DNA from: a virus
Lineage: Duplodnaviria; Caudoviricetes
Virus record (IMG/VR): IMGVR_UViG_3300033463_000020
Length of the DNA stretch: 64,000 nt
Strand: one strand, 5' to 3'
Part shown: positions 9,738 through 21,371 of the stretch, in pieces
How positions within the stretch are numbered: the first letter of the stretch is position 1
Layout of the letters: each line of letters starts with the position of its first letter
The notes under the pieces: generated by a model
What the model saw: only the letters and a program-made list of their open reading frames with translations
Database searches by the model: none
What the model was told of the DNA's origin: nothing
Position numbers and translations under genes: made by a program

Positions 9738-11018
9738 ATGACTACAGCTGAATTTTGGGCGTTAGTGGATAGCATTAATGTCGATGCTCGCGAGGACGGC
9801 CGTTATACTGAAGATGAGATGTATAACATCGGCAGCGCGTTCATTGAATTAGATAATTCTCAGAAACGAGAGATCGGTGGCTGGGATAAATTGGTGTCGA
9901 TCTTAAAACCGCTGGATCATAATGGCGACGTTATGACAAAAGGCGATACATTTCGGCAGTGGATCAAAAATCGGAGATATTCCAAATCAGACATTATCCA
10001 CAACGACAAAATGTTGTCCGGACAAAATATAGATGGTCTTACTTTTGCAGAATTCCAGGATAAGACCGAAGAGCTAAAACAGAACCTGTATAAACAGCAG
10101 GTTAAAACCCGGGATTCGTTGAATGCCTATCGCCGTGTTTTGCGCGAGAGTGCCAGGGTAGAGGCTTTTCGGGATCTAATGAAAGAGTGTGTGGTTGATC
10201 TGAGTCAGCTGCCGGAGGTAACTTATTCAGGGACAGTCACAGATGGACCTGTTGAGGCGGTATTAATGTTATCTGATCTGCACATCGGTGTTGAGATTGA
10301 TAATCATTATAATCGCTATAACGTACAGGTCGCACGGAAGCGCATTCGTAAAGTTGTGGAAGATGCCGTCCGTTATTGTCAACGTGAGCAGGTGTCTACA
10401 CTACATGTGTTGGGTCTCGGAGACTATATCGCCGGGAATATTCATACGAACGCTCGACTGGAGCGAGAGATGGATGTGATTCAGCAAATTATGCTGGCCT
10501 CTGAAATTATGGCGGACGCATTAAATGGTTTGCAAGCTGCAGCTCCGGACGTTCGTTATTATGCAGTAACTGATAACCACTCGCGGGCAGTCGCCAATTT
10601 ACAGGAGTCCGTAGAATCGGAGAATTACAGTAAGCTGGTCACTTTTTACCTCAAAGAGCGCTTGAGAGACACGCAGATACAATTTGTGGATAACATACTG
10701 GATCAAGAAATTGGTCTGATTGAGTTTATAAATGGCAAAACCGGAGTTTTTGTACATGGGCATCATGATTCTTTGCAGTCCATTGCTCAGAACTTATCGG
10801 CCTATGTTGGAAAATTGGTGGACTATATTTTTGTGGGCCACTATCATAACGAGAAGCTAAAAACGTTCCACGGTTGCAAGGTGTTTGTAAACGGAAGTGT
10901 TGTTGGAGTTGACCAGTATAGCTTCAGCAAACGGTTGTTTGGTAAGCCCAGTCAAAGCTTAATCGTGTTGGACGGCGATAATATTGTGACACACAGTATC
11001 AACCTCGAACACTGTTAA
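9738..11018 (+). CDS. Calcineurin-like metallophosphoesterase
   Basis: LSDLHIG, LGDYI, DNHSR, HGHH and GHYH motifs. Confidence 0.85.
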   Translation: MTTAEFWALVDSINVDAREDGRYTEDEMYNIGSAFIELDNSQKREIGGWDKLVSILKPLDHNGDVMTKGDTFRQWIKNRRYSKSDIIHNDKMLSGQNIDGLTFAEFQDKTEELKQNLYKQQVKTRDSLNAYRRVLRESARVEAFRDLMKECVVDLSQLPEVTYSGTVTDGPVEAVLMLSDLHIGVEIDNHYNRYNVQVARKRIRKVVEDAVRYCQREQVSTLHVLGLGDYIAGNIHTNARLEREMDVIQQIMLASEIMADALNGLQAAAPDVRYYAVTDNHSRAVANLQESVESENYSKLVTFYLKERLRDTQIQFVDNILDQEIGLIEFINGKTGVFVHGHHDSLQSIAQNLSAYVGKLVDYIFVGHYHNEKLKTFHGCKVFVNGSVVGVDQYSFSKRLFGKPSQSLIVLDGDNIVTHSINLEHC

Positions 11019-11047
11019 ATTTTGACGACGGCCGTAAAGGAGAGAAC

Positions 11048-12130
11048 ATGGAGGAACAAGAGTACAAAAGTGCCGACGATACGGTCGTCGATAATGATAA
11101 TATTAGCAGCCCTGTTGAACCGGGGCTGCTTTCGTATTCGGATATTAAAGCTGAGTGCGCTGGGTCAGATGACGAGGCAATGTTTAAATATTGCTTTTTG
11201 CACAATATTGTCTACGATCACCTGCTGGCTCGGCGGGCGCTAATTGCAGCCGGAGAAGGAGAAGAGGTAAGCGACCCCGTTGAAATTTACCAAAAGCTAA
11301 TTAACGAGGACGACGCTCTGCGGGGACATGATTTTTTCTCTTAGCTGCAGCGGGAGAATTTTGAGCAAATTTATTCTGAGCGCCGTGCGCTTGGTGAGCT
11401 AGACGAAGATACGGCCAAGAATCGTATGGCGGTCATGGAAATTTTAGCCTACGATCCCTTTAAGGACGATGATATTGAGGATAAGCCATAGCTATATCGT
11501 GACATGACAGGCATGCTCACAGAAGGTATGCGCAAAGACGTTGCCAAAGCCAAGGCGGCATTGGCGATTGTGCGTAGTTATAATAACCTTGACAAGTATC
11601 AGAGAAAGATTAACGAAATCATGAAAGCCGGGCAAATGGACGACGAGACACAGAAGGCTCTAGATCAGTTAATTAAGGTGTCAAAGACTTTACAGGATTC
11701 TATCAACCAGACTGCCGAAAAGAATAATTTTACGGTAAAAGGGATTGGAACCTCGGGCCACGGCATGCTTTCGGACGTTATGAATCGGGTCAATGACTAC
11801 GGGATCGATGAAGGCATTGTGAATTTTTACGATATTGCGACATCTAGGGCCATCGAAGAGGTGGCCAATATTAGCTTTAAGGCACAGTTAAATCAGGTGG
11901 GCTTGTCGAAGACTGATTATGCTGATATTCTTAGCCAGCAATCTAAAATAGTGCGTGAGGCGTAGATGAAAGCGCGTGAGGCGATCGAGGCCCTGCGTTT
12001 GGCCAAAGAGAAAATAAAAAAGCAAAAATTGTTAGATGAGCTGGCTCGTGATTACAGAAAGAAGGGCATCTCAGAAAAAGAGATCGAGGCCTTTATTGAT
12101 CGTGAGTATCATCTGTATAATCCGGAGTAA
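11048..12130 (+). CDS. Hypothetical protein upstream of terminase (possible small subunit), 3 in-frame TAG
   Basis: ORFs 11048-11344 and 11504-11965 share a frame and read to TAA at 12128-12130, 2 nt before the terminase ATG. Confidence 0.7.
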
Positions 12131-12132
12131 TC

Positions 12133-14058
12133 ATGATTAGCGTATATAAAAACAAGATATCGAACAATGTCACATCCAAAGACTATGCTGCGATGTCTAA
12201 ATATATTTAGCTTATTCAGTGGGGGCGTCGCAACCCCGTGGGTTTTATTGAAAAAATTTTTGGCATCACCTTAATGGACTATCAACGATGGTTGATCTCT
12301 GAATCCTGGACTAAAGAATATGTCGTTTGGGCGTGTTCTCGAAACGCCGGCAAATCTTTTTTGGTTGGCATTTTTGTCCAAGCCCGGAGTTTACTATTCC
12401 CTAAGTTGTAGACATAGATTATTTCAGAGAACTGGCAAACGTCTAACGATACTTTCAAAAAAATGGAAGATATCGCGACGAATAATATCAAGACAATTGT
12501 TGAGACCAACACCGTCTTTATTGACGAACTTAAGAAAACCAAAAGCGATTCCGATGGTTTTACGCATGATTTTAAGACGGGGAACCATTGTGAACTTTTG
12601 AATGGGTCTAAAATCAATGCAATTGCCGGCGCATCGCGATCTGCGCGTGGACGCCGATCTAATGTTAACGTTTATGATGAGGCCGGGTTTATTTCGGCAC
12701 AAACATTCGATATATCTGAACCTTATATGTCCCAGGACGCTTCGTTTAAGCTGGGTAGCAATTTTGACTCCGAGGTATATCCTCCCGATATTCCCAATAT
12801 TCGTCTTTATATTGGCTCTGCTTCAGATACGAGTTCGTATTTCTACGGTAAATATCGCGAGGGTACAAAATAGATGTTGGCGGGCAATAATCGGTATTTT
12901 GTGGCGGATATTAGCTGTGAGATACCCAAAGCGCCAACAGTTAATGGTATCCCGGTGACGCCATTATTATCCCAGGTAGAAATTGATCGTAAAATGCGTG
13001 AAAACGAGATTGCGGCCAACAGGGAATATTACAATATCTTTGATAGCTTTAACTTGGAAGATTGCGTGGTTTCGCGATCTGATATATTTTCTAATACCGA
13101 AGTTTTTGTGCCGGCTACAATTTGGGGCGGCACTAAACATAAATATCTGATATCTTATGACCCCGCCAGTAAGGTGGATAACGCCCCGGTATTGGTCATG
13201 GATATCTTTCTCAATGACGAGTCGCGCGTCTGTGGGCGTTGTGCACACATGGAAAACCTGGTCGTCACCTACGGAGACGGCTCCAAGCGTCCCATGCGTA
13301 TCGATGAACAAGTTGGTCGTTTGCGTGAAATGTTATGGGAATATAATGGGCGCGATTCGGCGGTTCCATATGATAACGTCACCATTCTGTTGGATGCCGG
13401 ATCTGGTGGACAGGCTTCGAGTATTTGCCAAGAGTTGGCGAAAGACTGGACTGATAAACAAGGGCGGACGCATCCTGGTATTTTTGATGAAAATAATGAA
13501 TATAGTGTGCGTTGGGCAGAATCCTATCCGCACGCTATTAAGGGCGCACTGAAGATGGTAGAGCCGCGTAAATATCGCAACGCGTTATTTGAGGCAGCAA
13601 AACTGTTAGTGCCCCAGGGGGCCATAAAATTTCCTCCGGCATGTCCTAAGCATGACGTGTTGGTTTTTGATGACGGTAGTGAGCGCAAACTCTCGAAGGC
13701 AGAACAGGCGTCACTTATTCAAATGGACCTCATGAAAGAAGAGATTGTGGCTATGGTACGCAGTAAGTCGCCGACCACGGGGGCGATAACATATTAGTTG
13801 CCTCCCGAAAAGCGCAATAAAATGCACGATGACCGCAATTATTGTTTCGTGTTATGTTGTTGGGAAATTAAGAATCTGCGCGATGCAGCAGAGTTCGGGG
13901 ATGGGGCCGTCCTAGATTATGGGGTTTTCTTTGGCGCACATCCTGATACGCACAATGGTGCAAATGATGCTTGGACTAATGCGATGCGTGCACGCCCTCA
14001 GCGTTCAACAGTGCGCATGAGTCCTTTTTAGGGGCACTCTCCCTTTAGATCGAAGTAA
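12133..14058 (+). CDS. terL: Terminase large subunit (6 in-frame TAG)
   Basis: Walker A SRNAGKS, ARGRR, Walker B VYDEAG, nuclease motifs SYDPAS, LLDAGSGG and HDDR; one frame from ATG 12133 to TAA 14058. Confidence 0.9.
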
Positions 14059-14072
14059 AAGGAAGTATAGTT

Positions 14073-14489
14073 ATGATATGCTGTAAAATTGTAGCGGATT
14101 TTAATGATCCGCGGGGTAAATTTAGCGCCTTGCTGCAAGGCCTGAGCAAAATGGGCGATTTTTTATTTGAAAATGGCACGTTGTTTTTTGCTAATGTGGA
14201 TGATCCAAAGGTTGCTGAAGCGAGAATTAAGTCATTAATTGCACGGGCAGGATATCATAACTTCGTAGTATTTACTTACGATAAAGATTATTAGCCGCGC
14301 GAAAATGAGTATATAAATGGCTGGTTAACCGATAAACTGGTCGCTATTAATTATCATTGCTACGAGCAGCAAAGTCAAGCGGTATTTCACCGGGTGGCAC
14401 ATGGGCTTGATTTATTAGATAAAGAGTTAGAGGCATTTCAAAACACAATGCTGGCTAACAGTAACGAGGAGGCCGAGAAAACACAGTGA
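14073..14489 (+). CDS. Hypothetical protein (1 in-frame TAG)
   Basis: Reads through TAG at 14292 to a TGA that overlaps the portal GTG (GTGA coupling). Confidence 0.7.
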
Positions 14490-16327
14490 AAGATAATAAA
14501 GAACCTGACAAGAAACTTGGCCGTCCCAGACATCCACAAGAAGATGTGCCGGTCAATGAAACAACGCAAGAGCGCTTGGATATGACGGATTCGTCGAATC
14601 CAAATTCCGAAGAGTATATATCGATTGACGACCTTACCCGGCGTTGGCGTAATACGTTTCAAAAAATAGCAGCTTTCAATGGAGCGCCCGGTATTGGGAC
14701 GGTCGCGGCGAAGTGGAATAAATTAAATCCATTTTTGCAAAACCAACGTATTAAGGAGCTCTATACGCGTGCTAAAACTTACAGCAAGGCCAATATTGGA
14801 GATTTCCTGGCGGATCCCGGCAATCACGAAAAAGAATTACGCAGCTTAGGCTGGGCCAATTCTAGTTCACAGCAAATATATTATAATATATTGCGGCGTG
14901 CTTGTGACATACCAGAGTATAATTACTTTATTCTTCCTGAGTTGCACAAGGACGCCTATAGCAGGGGCGATTTTCGTGATGAAGATGCACTAGTACAAAA
15001 CTGGTTAGAAACATTCAACGTCCCTCTGACTTGCAAGACGATTGCATTAGAGGTGAAGCGCGAGGGCAAATCCAGTTATTTATTGCGTAATAAGTTTTCT
15101 GGGCAAGGGAAAACTAAAACAACGGCTTTCTGTGCTCTGCAAAAAATGCCCACAGACTGGATTAAAATTACCGGCAAGGGTCAATTGGGGTTCACAATAT
15201 CATTTGACATGATGTATTTCCTAAACATTGCTAATTCACCTAGTGATTTTGGCGAGTTTATGGAAGCGGCATGGCATGATATTGTGGAGAACGGTGTGGT
15301 TGTTTCAGACACGAGCGGTAAGTATGAGCTGAATCTGGAAGTCGCAGCAAATTATGTTTTTCATTACGCAGGCGATGATTATCGTAGTACGATTGAAAGC
15401 GTTCGTCGTGGGCGGCAACAAAACTATATGTTTTGGTTGAGAATGCCATACGATCTTTGCTACACGTTTGGAAGCGATAACTCGCATCCTTGGGTAGCAC
15501 CGGATACGATGGGGCTAATGCTGAAGTTATAGGAGCTGACCGATTATGGTCAATTAGCGGGACTAATTGCTAGTACGCCATTAACCGCCGTATTGACGGG
15601 GGAGATTGAAACGATTCCGTAGCCCCGGGCGGGGAAAAACGAGTCGGTGTTCAGTCCTGAAGTCATTCAGGGGTATATGCAGCAATTTAATGAGGCAACC
15701 TCGACGAATGTTGAGGCGTGGATGTGGCCCGCGAAGAACATTAAATTACAACAATTGTCAGCCGACGTTAACTCCTCTGATATTATTAGCACTGCCACGA
15801 GTAACTTTTTGGAGTCGGCCGGGGAAGGTGGCTTGACTATTGCCACGGAGAAACCCAATGTAGCACAAGTTGTTGTAGCCAAGCAGTTGGCCGCCTCGCA
15901 GCAAAGATACGTGACTTTGCAGTTTGAATAGGTGTTAAACTTTATTTTACGGCACAAGCTCGGTTTTAAATACGAATGGCGTATCCGGATCTGGGGCGAT
16001 ATTTTTAACCACGATGACGAGAAGAAATATTTAAAAGAAATTGTTTCCAATGGTAATATCGCATTGTTGCCTAAACTGATGTCAGCAGAGGGCATTTCAA
16101 TGCGCGATACAAAAGCGATTGTAGAATATTTACAAGACCTAGATTTTTATAAAGATTTTTCTACTTATACGCAGATTAAATCTGCCGCCCTGGGGCAGAA
16201 AGAGCAGACTGACACCGGCAGCTAGAATCCGGTGGGCCGTCCAGCTATCCCAGACGGTAATGTAGAAAATGACGCGACGGCGGCTTCGAAGGCCAGTGGG
16301 ACTAACACCGCTGAAAATCGCGAATAA
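14486..16327 (+). CDS. Portal protein, 613 aa (4 in-frame TAG)
   Basis: Position after terminase, size, C-terminal GRP motif; fragments at 14486, 15647 and 15932 share a frame. Confidence 0.75.
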
Positions 16328-16349
16328 CGCATGGGGGTAAAGCAAAGTT

Positions 16350-16850
16350 ATGAGGATGAGCGAAGAGTCGTACGATCGCCTTAATGCACTCACCGCTATG
16401 TGTTTCAATGCAAATGCGGTGTTTGATAATTTGGCATATAATCTGGACTACCATTATTATGCCAATATTAGTAAGGTCGTACATTTACACGTGGCACATG
16501 TGATGCCGGAGTGGGCGGATTTAATTACAGAGGAGATGATCCAGCTGTCTGCACGTCCGGTGCGCCGTGCTATAGGTGGCTATGATACTGATTACCAAGA
16601 CCTAAAAGAGATCTTTACAGTAATGCTAAACACCTTGTTAGAACTACGATAGGCGACAAGGAATTTGATTGATGCGGCAGACATGGATGGGGATGACGAG
16701 GTTAGGATCTTTGGTGAAGAGTTTTTAACGATTCTTAAGCCGTATGTGAAACAAGCAGAAGAGTGGATTAATGCGGCGGAAGTATTAGACGCCAAGGATT
16801 TTAACATACACATTCTAGATTATACCCATTTTATACCCCTGAACTCGTAA
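16350..16850 (+). CDS. Ferritin-like fold protein (1 in-frame TAG)
   Basis: About 165 aa; helix pattern resembles ferritin (DRLN...YHY...ARP...YQDLKEIF...AADMDGD...F); ferroxidase Glu/His residues not evident. Confidence 0.55.
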
Positions 16851-16871
16851 CGTGGGTATAGGGGGATAATT

Positions 16872-17357
16872 ATGGAAATTGGTTAGGTTATTCTTGCGAT
16901 TGTGCTTGGGTGCGTTGGCTCCACGGCCTTATTTGGCTTTATTTAGTTTCTAATTACCAGAAAAGACAATAAAACCGATAAGCTGGAAGAGCTGGGCACC
17001 AAAATGGACACAATGGATCAGAAAATTACTGCGTAGATTACCAAAATTGGTAATGATACTGAGGCCAAATTTACAAAGCTGAATGACGATCTCACCATTA
17101 AGTTTAATGAGATTAATAATAAATTAAATGATTTGGAGCTCGGTAGCTGTCGTGCACAGCTTTTGGCCTTAATTGATAATCACCCATTAAATGCGGCTGA
17201 TATTTATAAATTGGCCGAGTATTATTTTGTAACCCTGCACGGAGATGCCTTTATGTCGGAAATTTTTAAAGGTTGGGTAAAATCTCGCGGGGAAAAACTG
17301 CCAGGTTGGTTTTTGGTATTATATCCGGACGCTTCGGGAGGACAAGATAATGAATAA
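16872..17357 (+). CDS. Holin-like membrane protein (3 in-frame TAG)
   Basis: N-terminal TM helix ending ALFGFI[Q]FLITRKD, then a coiled coil; in frame with ORF 17133-17357. Confidence 0.6.
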
Positions 17358-18849
17358 AAACACTAAGATGTTCCTCGAAGTGGACGCTAGTCAAATTGAC
17401 ATTCGTCAATTGCTGCAAAAAGACTTCTTGGAACTGTCAATGCGTGCGATTAGCAGTGCCAATCCTAATCGTAACAATTCATGGTTTACGCCAGAGGCGA
17501 TGGCCAAAGCGTTGCCGACATTTGTAAACAAGCCTATTTTGGGCTATTTTGAAAACGACGACTTCGTGAGTCACAACGGCACCTGGGGGCACGACTCTGA
17601 GACAGAGTTGGACTATTGGGACACCCTGGGTCAGAAGGGCGAGCGCATTTTAGGCATTGTTCGGGAGTCCGATACCGTGAGCATCGTTCAGGACAAGGAT
17701 GGATTATCTTGGATCACTTTCACTTGCGCGCTGTGGACTCAATATAGCTTTAAACAGGTTAAACGGTTAATTAAAGATGCCAAGCGTGCACAAAAGCGCG
17801 GAGGCACGACAAAAAATATATCTGTTGAGGTCGATATCTTGGATTACGAGATGTTACCCAATGGTGTTATGAAGATTAATGATTTTAATTTGGTCGGGGT
17901 AACGATTTTAGGCTCTCGGAATGGTGTTCCGGTAGAACCTGGGATTGAGAACGCAGAGCTTTCTGTGGTCGATGTAATGGGGCGTGAGATATATGCGCAT
18001 CAGGCAGAGACACTTCGCTTGGCGTATGCCAAATTGGATGGACCCGCGGCTGAACAAAAGGAGGAAAACCAGGTGGAGAAGAAAGATCAAATCTCAGAGT
18101 CTGAGGTCGCCGCTTTCGAAGACGCTTCTGATCAGCCGGAAAATGAGGTTTGCCCCGAGTGTGGCAAGAATCCTTGTGAGTGTGAAAAAGCCCCGGCTCC
18201 GGATGAGGAGTGCAAGAACGAAGCTGCTCCTGCTGAGGAATGTAAAATGGAAGATGGCGCTGCGCCGTCTGTCGACGAGTGCAAAAACGAGGCCGGTAAT
18301 GATGCCGAGTGTCCGGAAGATGAGTGCAAATTGTCTGAGGAGGGGTCGGATGAAGATGAGCCCGCTGAAGAGGGGGCTGATGAGGATGAAGATCCAGAGA
18401 CAGAATGCAAGGCATGTAAACACGAGGCCGAAGAGGCGTCCGCAGAGCCGGCACCTGTAATCGAGCCTATAGATATTAAAGAAACTGATGAGTATAAGGC
18501 GCTGGCTATACAATATGCCGAGGCCACGGAGAGAATCGCAGCCCTAGAGCACGAACTGTTCACGATTCGTGCTGCGGCTTTCTTAAGCACAGCAAATTTG
18601 GAGTCAGACGTGGTCAAAAACTTCCAGGCGCAGTGCGATAACCACGAGATCGGAGATCTCGATGCGTTGCGTACCGCCGTCGCCCTGTATGTTTTTGAGC
18701 ATCGTGAGCCTGTTGCAGCTGCTACTGAAACCGCGACATTCTCGGGCCCTGTGACGGCACCGGATGCTGGTGCTTGGCAGAAGGGCGGATCTAAACCCGC
18801 TAGCACTGTTGACCATTGGTCGGCATTGCACGAGTATGTCGGCAAATAA
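17350..18849 (+). CDS. Prohead protease/scaffold protein
   Basis: NRNNSWF, NKPILG, SHNG, ISVEV, GVTILG and VEPG motifs; acidic and coiled-coil C-terminal half; upstream of capsid genes. Confidence 0.75.
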   Translation: MNKNTKMFLEVDASQIDIRQLLQKDFLELSMRAISSANPNRNNSWFTPEAMAKALPTFVNKPILGYFENDDFVSHNGTWGHDSETELDYWDTLGQKGERILGIVRESDTVSIVQDKDGLSWITFTCALWTQYSFKQVKRLIKDAKRAQKRGGTTKNISVEVDILDYEMLPNGVMKINDFNLVGVTILGSRNGVPVEPGIENAELSVVDVMGREIYAHQAETLRLAYAKLDGPAAEQKEENQVEKKDQISESEVAAFEDASDQPENEVCPECGKNPCECEKAPAPDEECKNEAAPAEECKMEDGAAPSVDECKNEAGNDAECPEDECKLSEEGSDEDEPAEEGADEDEDPETECKACKHEAEEASAEPAPVIEPIDIKETDEYKALAIQYAEATERIAALEHELFTIRAAAFLSTANLESDVVKNFQAQCDNHEIGDLDALRTAVALYVFEHREPVAAATETATFSGPVTAPDAGAWQKGGSKPASTVDHWSALHEYVGK

Positions 18850-18981
18850 TTGTATTTATTATGTGTGAGTGTTAATGTGCCCACGAGTTCTTGGTTGGTA
18901 CGCCGAAGCCGATCAGGCATCAGTAGCGCATGTTAATATACATATTTAAATATCACTCTAATTTTAAAAGGAGACATTGAT

Positions 18982-19518
18982 ATGGCAAATGTTTTTAAGA
19001 GAGGCAAGATGCTGTCTGGCGTCGCCGATTCCTATCTTGCCAATGCTATAGCTGAGGTTGCCGTTCCGGATGGAGCGCTTGTAACCCTCGGCGACCTGGT
19101 GGCTGACACCACCTACGACGCCAATGGCGTTGAATATGATACTTATGAAGCTGCTGCGCCTGCGGCTGCTACCGACGAAGTCGTTATTGTTGACTACGCC
19201 GGTATTTCCGAGGGCGAGATTGCTGGGAACGTCTACAAAGAGGGCATTAAGCTCGTTGGCCTGACTGTTCCGGCTGGCAGAATTATGCGCGTGCGCAGAC
19301 TTGCTCTTCATGACAAGTTCTGGCTCGGCGCGGACAACTTTGAGTCCACTCCTGTTGTTGGCGAGTATGCTGTGGCTACCGCTAGCAAGTTCACGCACAC
19401 CCCGGATGACGAACTCCCTGCGAGTGGTTACGCCATCAAGGTTCTCGTCGAGAACGATCTCAACCAAGGCATGAAAGTCAATGGCAAGATCTATCTCTGC
19501 GAAGTTGTCCAGCTCTAA
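18982..19518 (+). CDS. Head decoration/structural protein
   Basis: Between protease and major capsid genes; strong codon bias; AGGAG RBS. Confidence 0.65.
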   Translation: MANVFKRGKMLSGVADSYLANAIAEVAVPDGALVTLGDLVADTTYDANGVEYDTYEAAAPAAATDEVVIVDYAGISEGEIAGNVYKEGIKLVGLTVPAGRIMRVRRLALHDKFWLGADNFESTPVVGEYAVATASKFTHTPDDELPASGYAIKVLVENDLNQGMKVNGKIYLCEVVQL

Positions 19519-19539
19519 TAAGAAGGAGGATCAGTAATT

Positions 19540-20625
19540 ATGGAAAAGTATTTTGCTTACACCAAGACTGCTGACGAGTCCTTCAATTCCCTTGTTGATT
19601 GCACTCTCGATCTTGCGAGAAGCTGCTATGAAGGCAAGAAGGGCTCCGACTACGAAGCTAAGAATACTGAGCTCGTAAAAGCTATGGGAAAGAAGGCCGT
19701 CGAGGGAACTCGTTACGAGGCCGATTTTGAGGCCGAAGGCCTTGCTATTTACAACCGTCCGATGGTCAAGAACAACAGCACTGTTCGTGACAACTTTAAC
19801 GCTGTCATCGCCCAGGTTGTTAATGCCATCGTTCCTGAAGTTGTCAACGATACTTTCTCGAAGTTCATCGCTGAGGTTCATCAGGTTGGATATGGCGACA
19901 CTGCTCGCTTTATCATTGAGTCGAATGATCTCTTCAAGGTCAACCAGAAGGCCGAGGGTGTCCGCAAGGGCGTCGATCAGCCGATGTTTGACGATGAGAT
20001 CACCGTCAATGCGAGCCCCGTGACCATCGATGCTTGCATTGACTGGTATCCTTTCGCTGCCGGCGTTTTCGATATGGGCAACTTTGCTCTTAAGATCGGC
20101 CGCAGCTTCATGGGTTATATCTTCCTTAAGGCTGTTAAGGGTATGACCCAGGCCACCACCGATTTCGGCGCTGCTTACACCACCAATGGTGTTTCCGTTC
20201 AGCTTTTCGGAACTCTCCGTGAGAGAGTCTCTGCTGCGAACGGCGGCATGAGTGTTGTTGCTGTTGGTACGGCCATCGCTCTTGCGAACTGCTCGCTCGG
20301 CGGTAACTACCAGGTTCAGATTGGCGAAGAGATGAACAAGGTTGGATACCTTGATCAGTATCTCGGAGTCCCGCTGATTGGTATCAACAATGTTCTCGTT
20401 CCTGGAACGACCAACGGTGCTGCCACCCTGGCTCTTCCCGACAACAGAATTTATCTCATTCCGGTCGGCGGTGCTCGTCCGGTCAAGATCGTCTTCGAAG
20501 GCGACGAGATTTCTGTGGCGTTCAATCCTGATGAGACCTCTGACAGACGCTATGGCATTTCTGTCGAGCTCAGAGTCGGTGTTGCCGCTGTTGTTGGACC
20601 CAAGTACGGAACCATCATTCTCTAA
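19540..20625 (+). CDS. Major capsid protein
   Basis: 361 aa, position, high-expression codon bias, GYLDQYLGVPLI motif, no TAG. Confidence 0.8.
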   Translation: MEKYFAYTKTADESFNSLVDCTLDLARSCYEGKKGSDYEAKNTELVKAMGKKAVEGTRYEADFEAEGLAIYNRPMVKNNSTVRDNFNAVIAQVVNAIVPEVVNDTFSKFIAEVHQVGYGDTARFIIESNDLFKVNQKAEGVRKGVDQPMFDDEITVNASPVTIDACIDWYPFAAGVFDMGNFALKIGRSFMGYIFLKAVKGMTQATTDFGAAYTTNGVSVQLFGTLRERVSAANGGMSVVAVGTAIALANCSLGGNYQVQIGEEMNKVGYLDQYLGVPLIGINNVLVPGTTNGAATLALPDNRIYLIPVGGARPVKIVFEGDEISVAFNPDETSDRRYGISVELRVGVAAVVGPKYGTIIL

Positions 20626-20660
20626 TCTTTAGATTAGACCTAAAACCTTAAATACAGGAT

Positions 20661-20698
20661 CGTATTGCGGGTGTGGCTTCGGCCACCCCCGCAATACG
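20661..20698 (+). terminator. Strong hairpin after the capsid gene
   Basis: CGTATTGCGGGTGTGGC-TTCG-GCCACCCCCGCAATACG; no U-tract, so it may be a stabiliser instead. Confidence 0.55.
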
Positions 20699-20735
20699 GC
20701 TATCAAGATTAAAAGGAATGCAAGGAGATTCAGTT

Positions 20736-21365
20736 ATGTCAGATGATATTAAAACTACTGCTACTAAAAAGGGTCCCACCAAGGCCGAATTAGAAGCACA
20801 GATTGAATTATTGAAGGCGCAGCTTGCGCTTGCACAGCAAAACGCCGCGGCACCTGCTCCGGCGCCGGCGCCGACGCTAGCCACCAGTGATGTGGCTGTA
20901 GTGTATTGCTCTGATAGCTTGGGATATGCCAAGATCAGCAATATGGAGCTGCATTTCACCAGGTATGGCGAAGAATTTGTGATGTCTCGTGTACAGTTTG
21001 ACGAACTGGTCGGTAAATATCGTAGTTGGTTTGATCGCGGTGTTCTGACCGTATCATACCGAAACGCTGACGTGGCTTCTGCCAAGGGGCTGCGTACCGA
21101 TCGTGAAGTAGCTTTGGACGCCGAGACTCTGGAATCAATTGGACGAATGACTGCTGCACAACTCGAAAGTTTGTGGAACAGGCTAAATTTGCCGGCGCAG
21201 AAAGATAGCATTGTGTGTTTCTATAAGCGTAAATTTGTAGACGGTGATGCCGCGTATCGCAATCGTGAAAAGGTTGATCTTTTGAACCGTCTTACCGATG
21301 GCGGCTTTAAGCGCGAGCAGGACGAACTCAGCGGTAGATATAAGGTCGATACAACCACCATGTAA
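20736..21365 (+). CDS. Hypothetical virion-module protein
   Basis: AAGGAG RBS before ATG at 20736. Confidence 0.7.
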   Translation: MSDDIKTTATKKGPTKAELEAQIELLKAQLALAQQNAAAPAPAPAPTLATSDVAVVYCSDSLGYAKISNMELHFTRYGEEFVMSRVQFDELVGKYRSWFDRGVLTVSYRNADVASAKGLRTDREVALDAETLESIGRMTAAQLESLWNRLNLPAQKDSIVCFYKRKFVDGDAAYRNREKVDLLNRLTDGGFKREQDELSGRYKVDTTTM

Positions 21366-21371
21366 TGGTGT

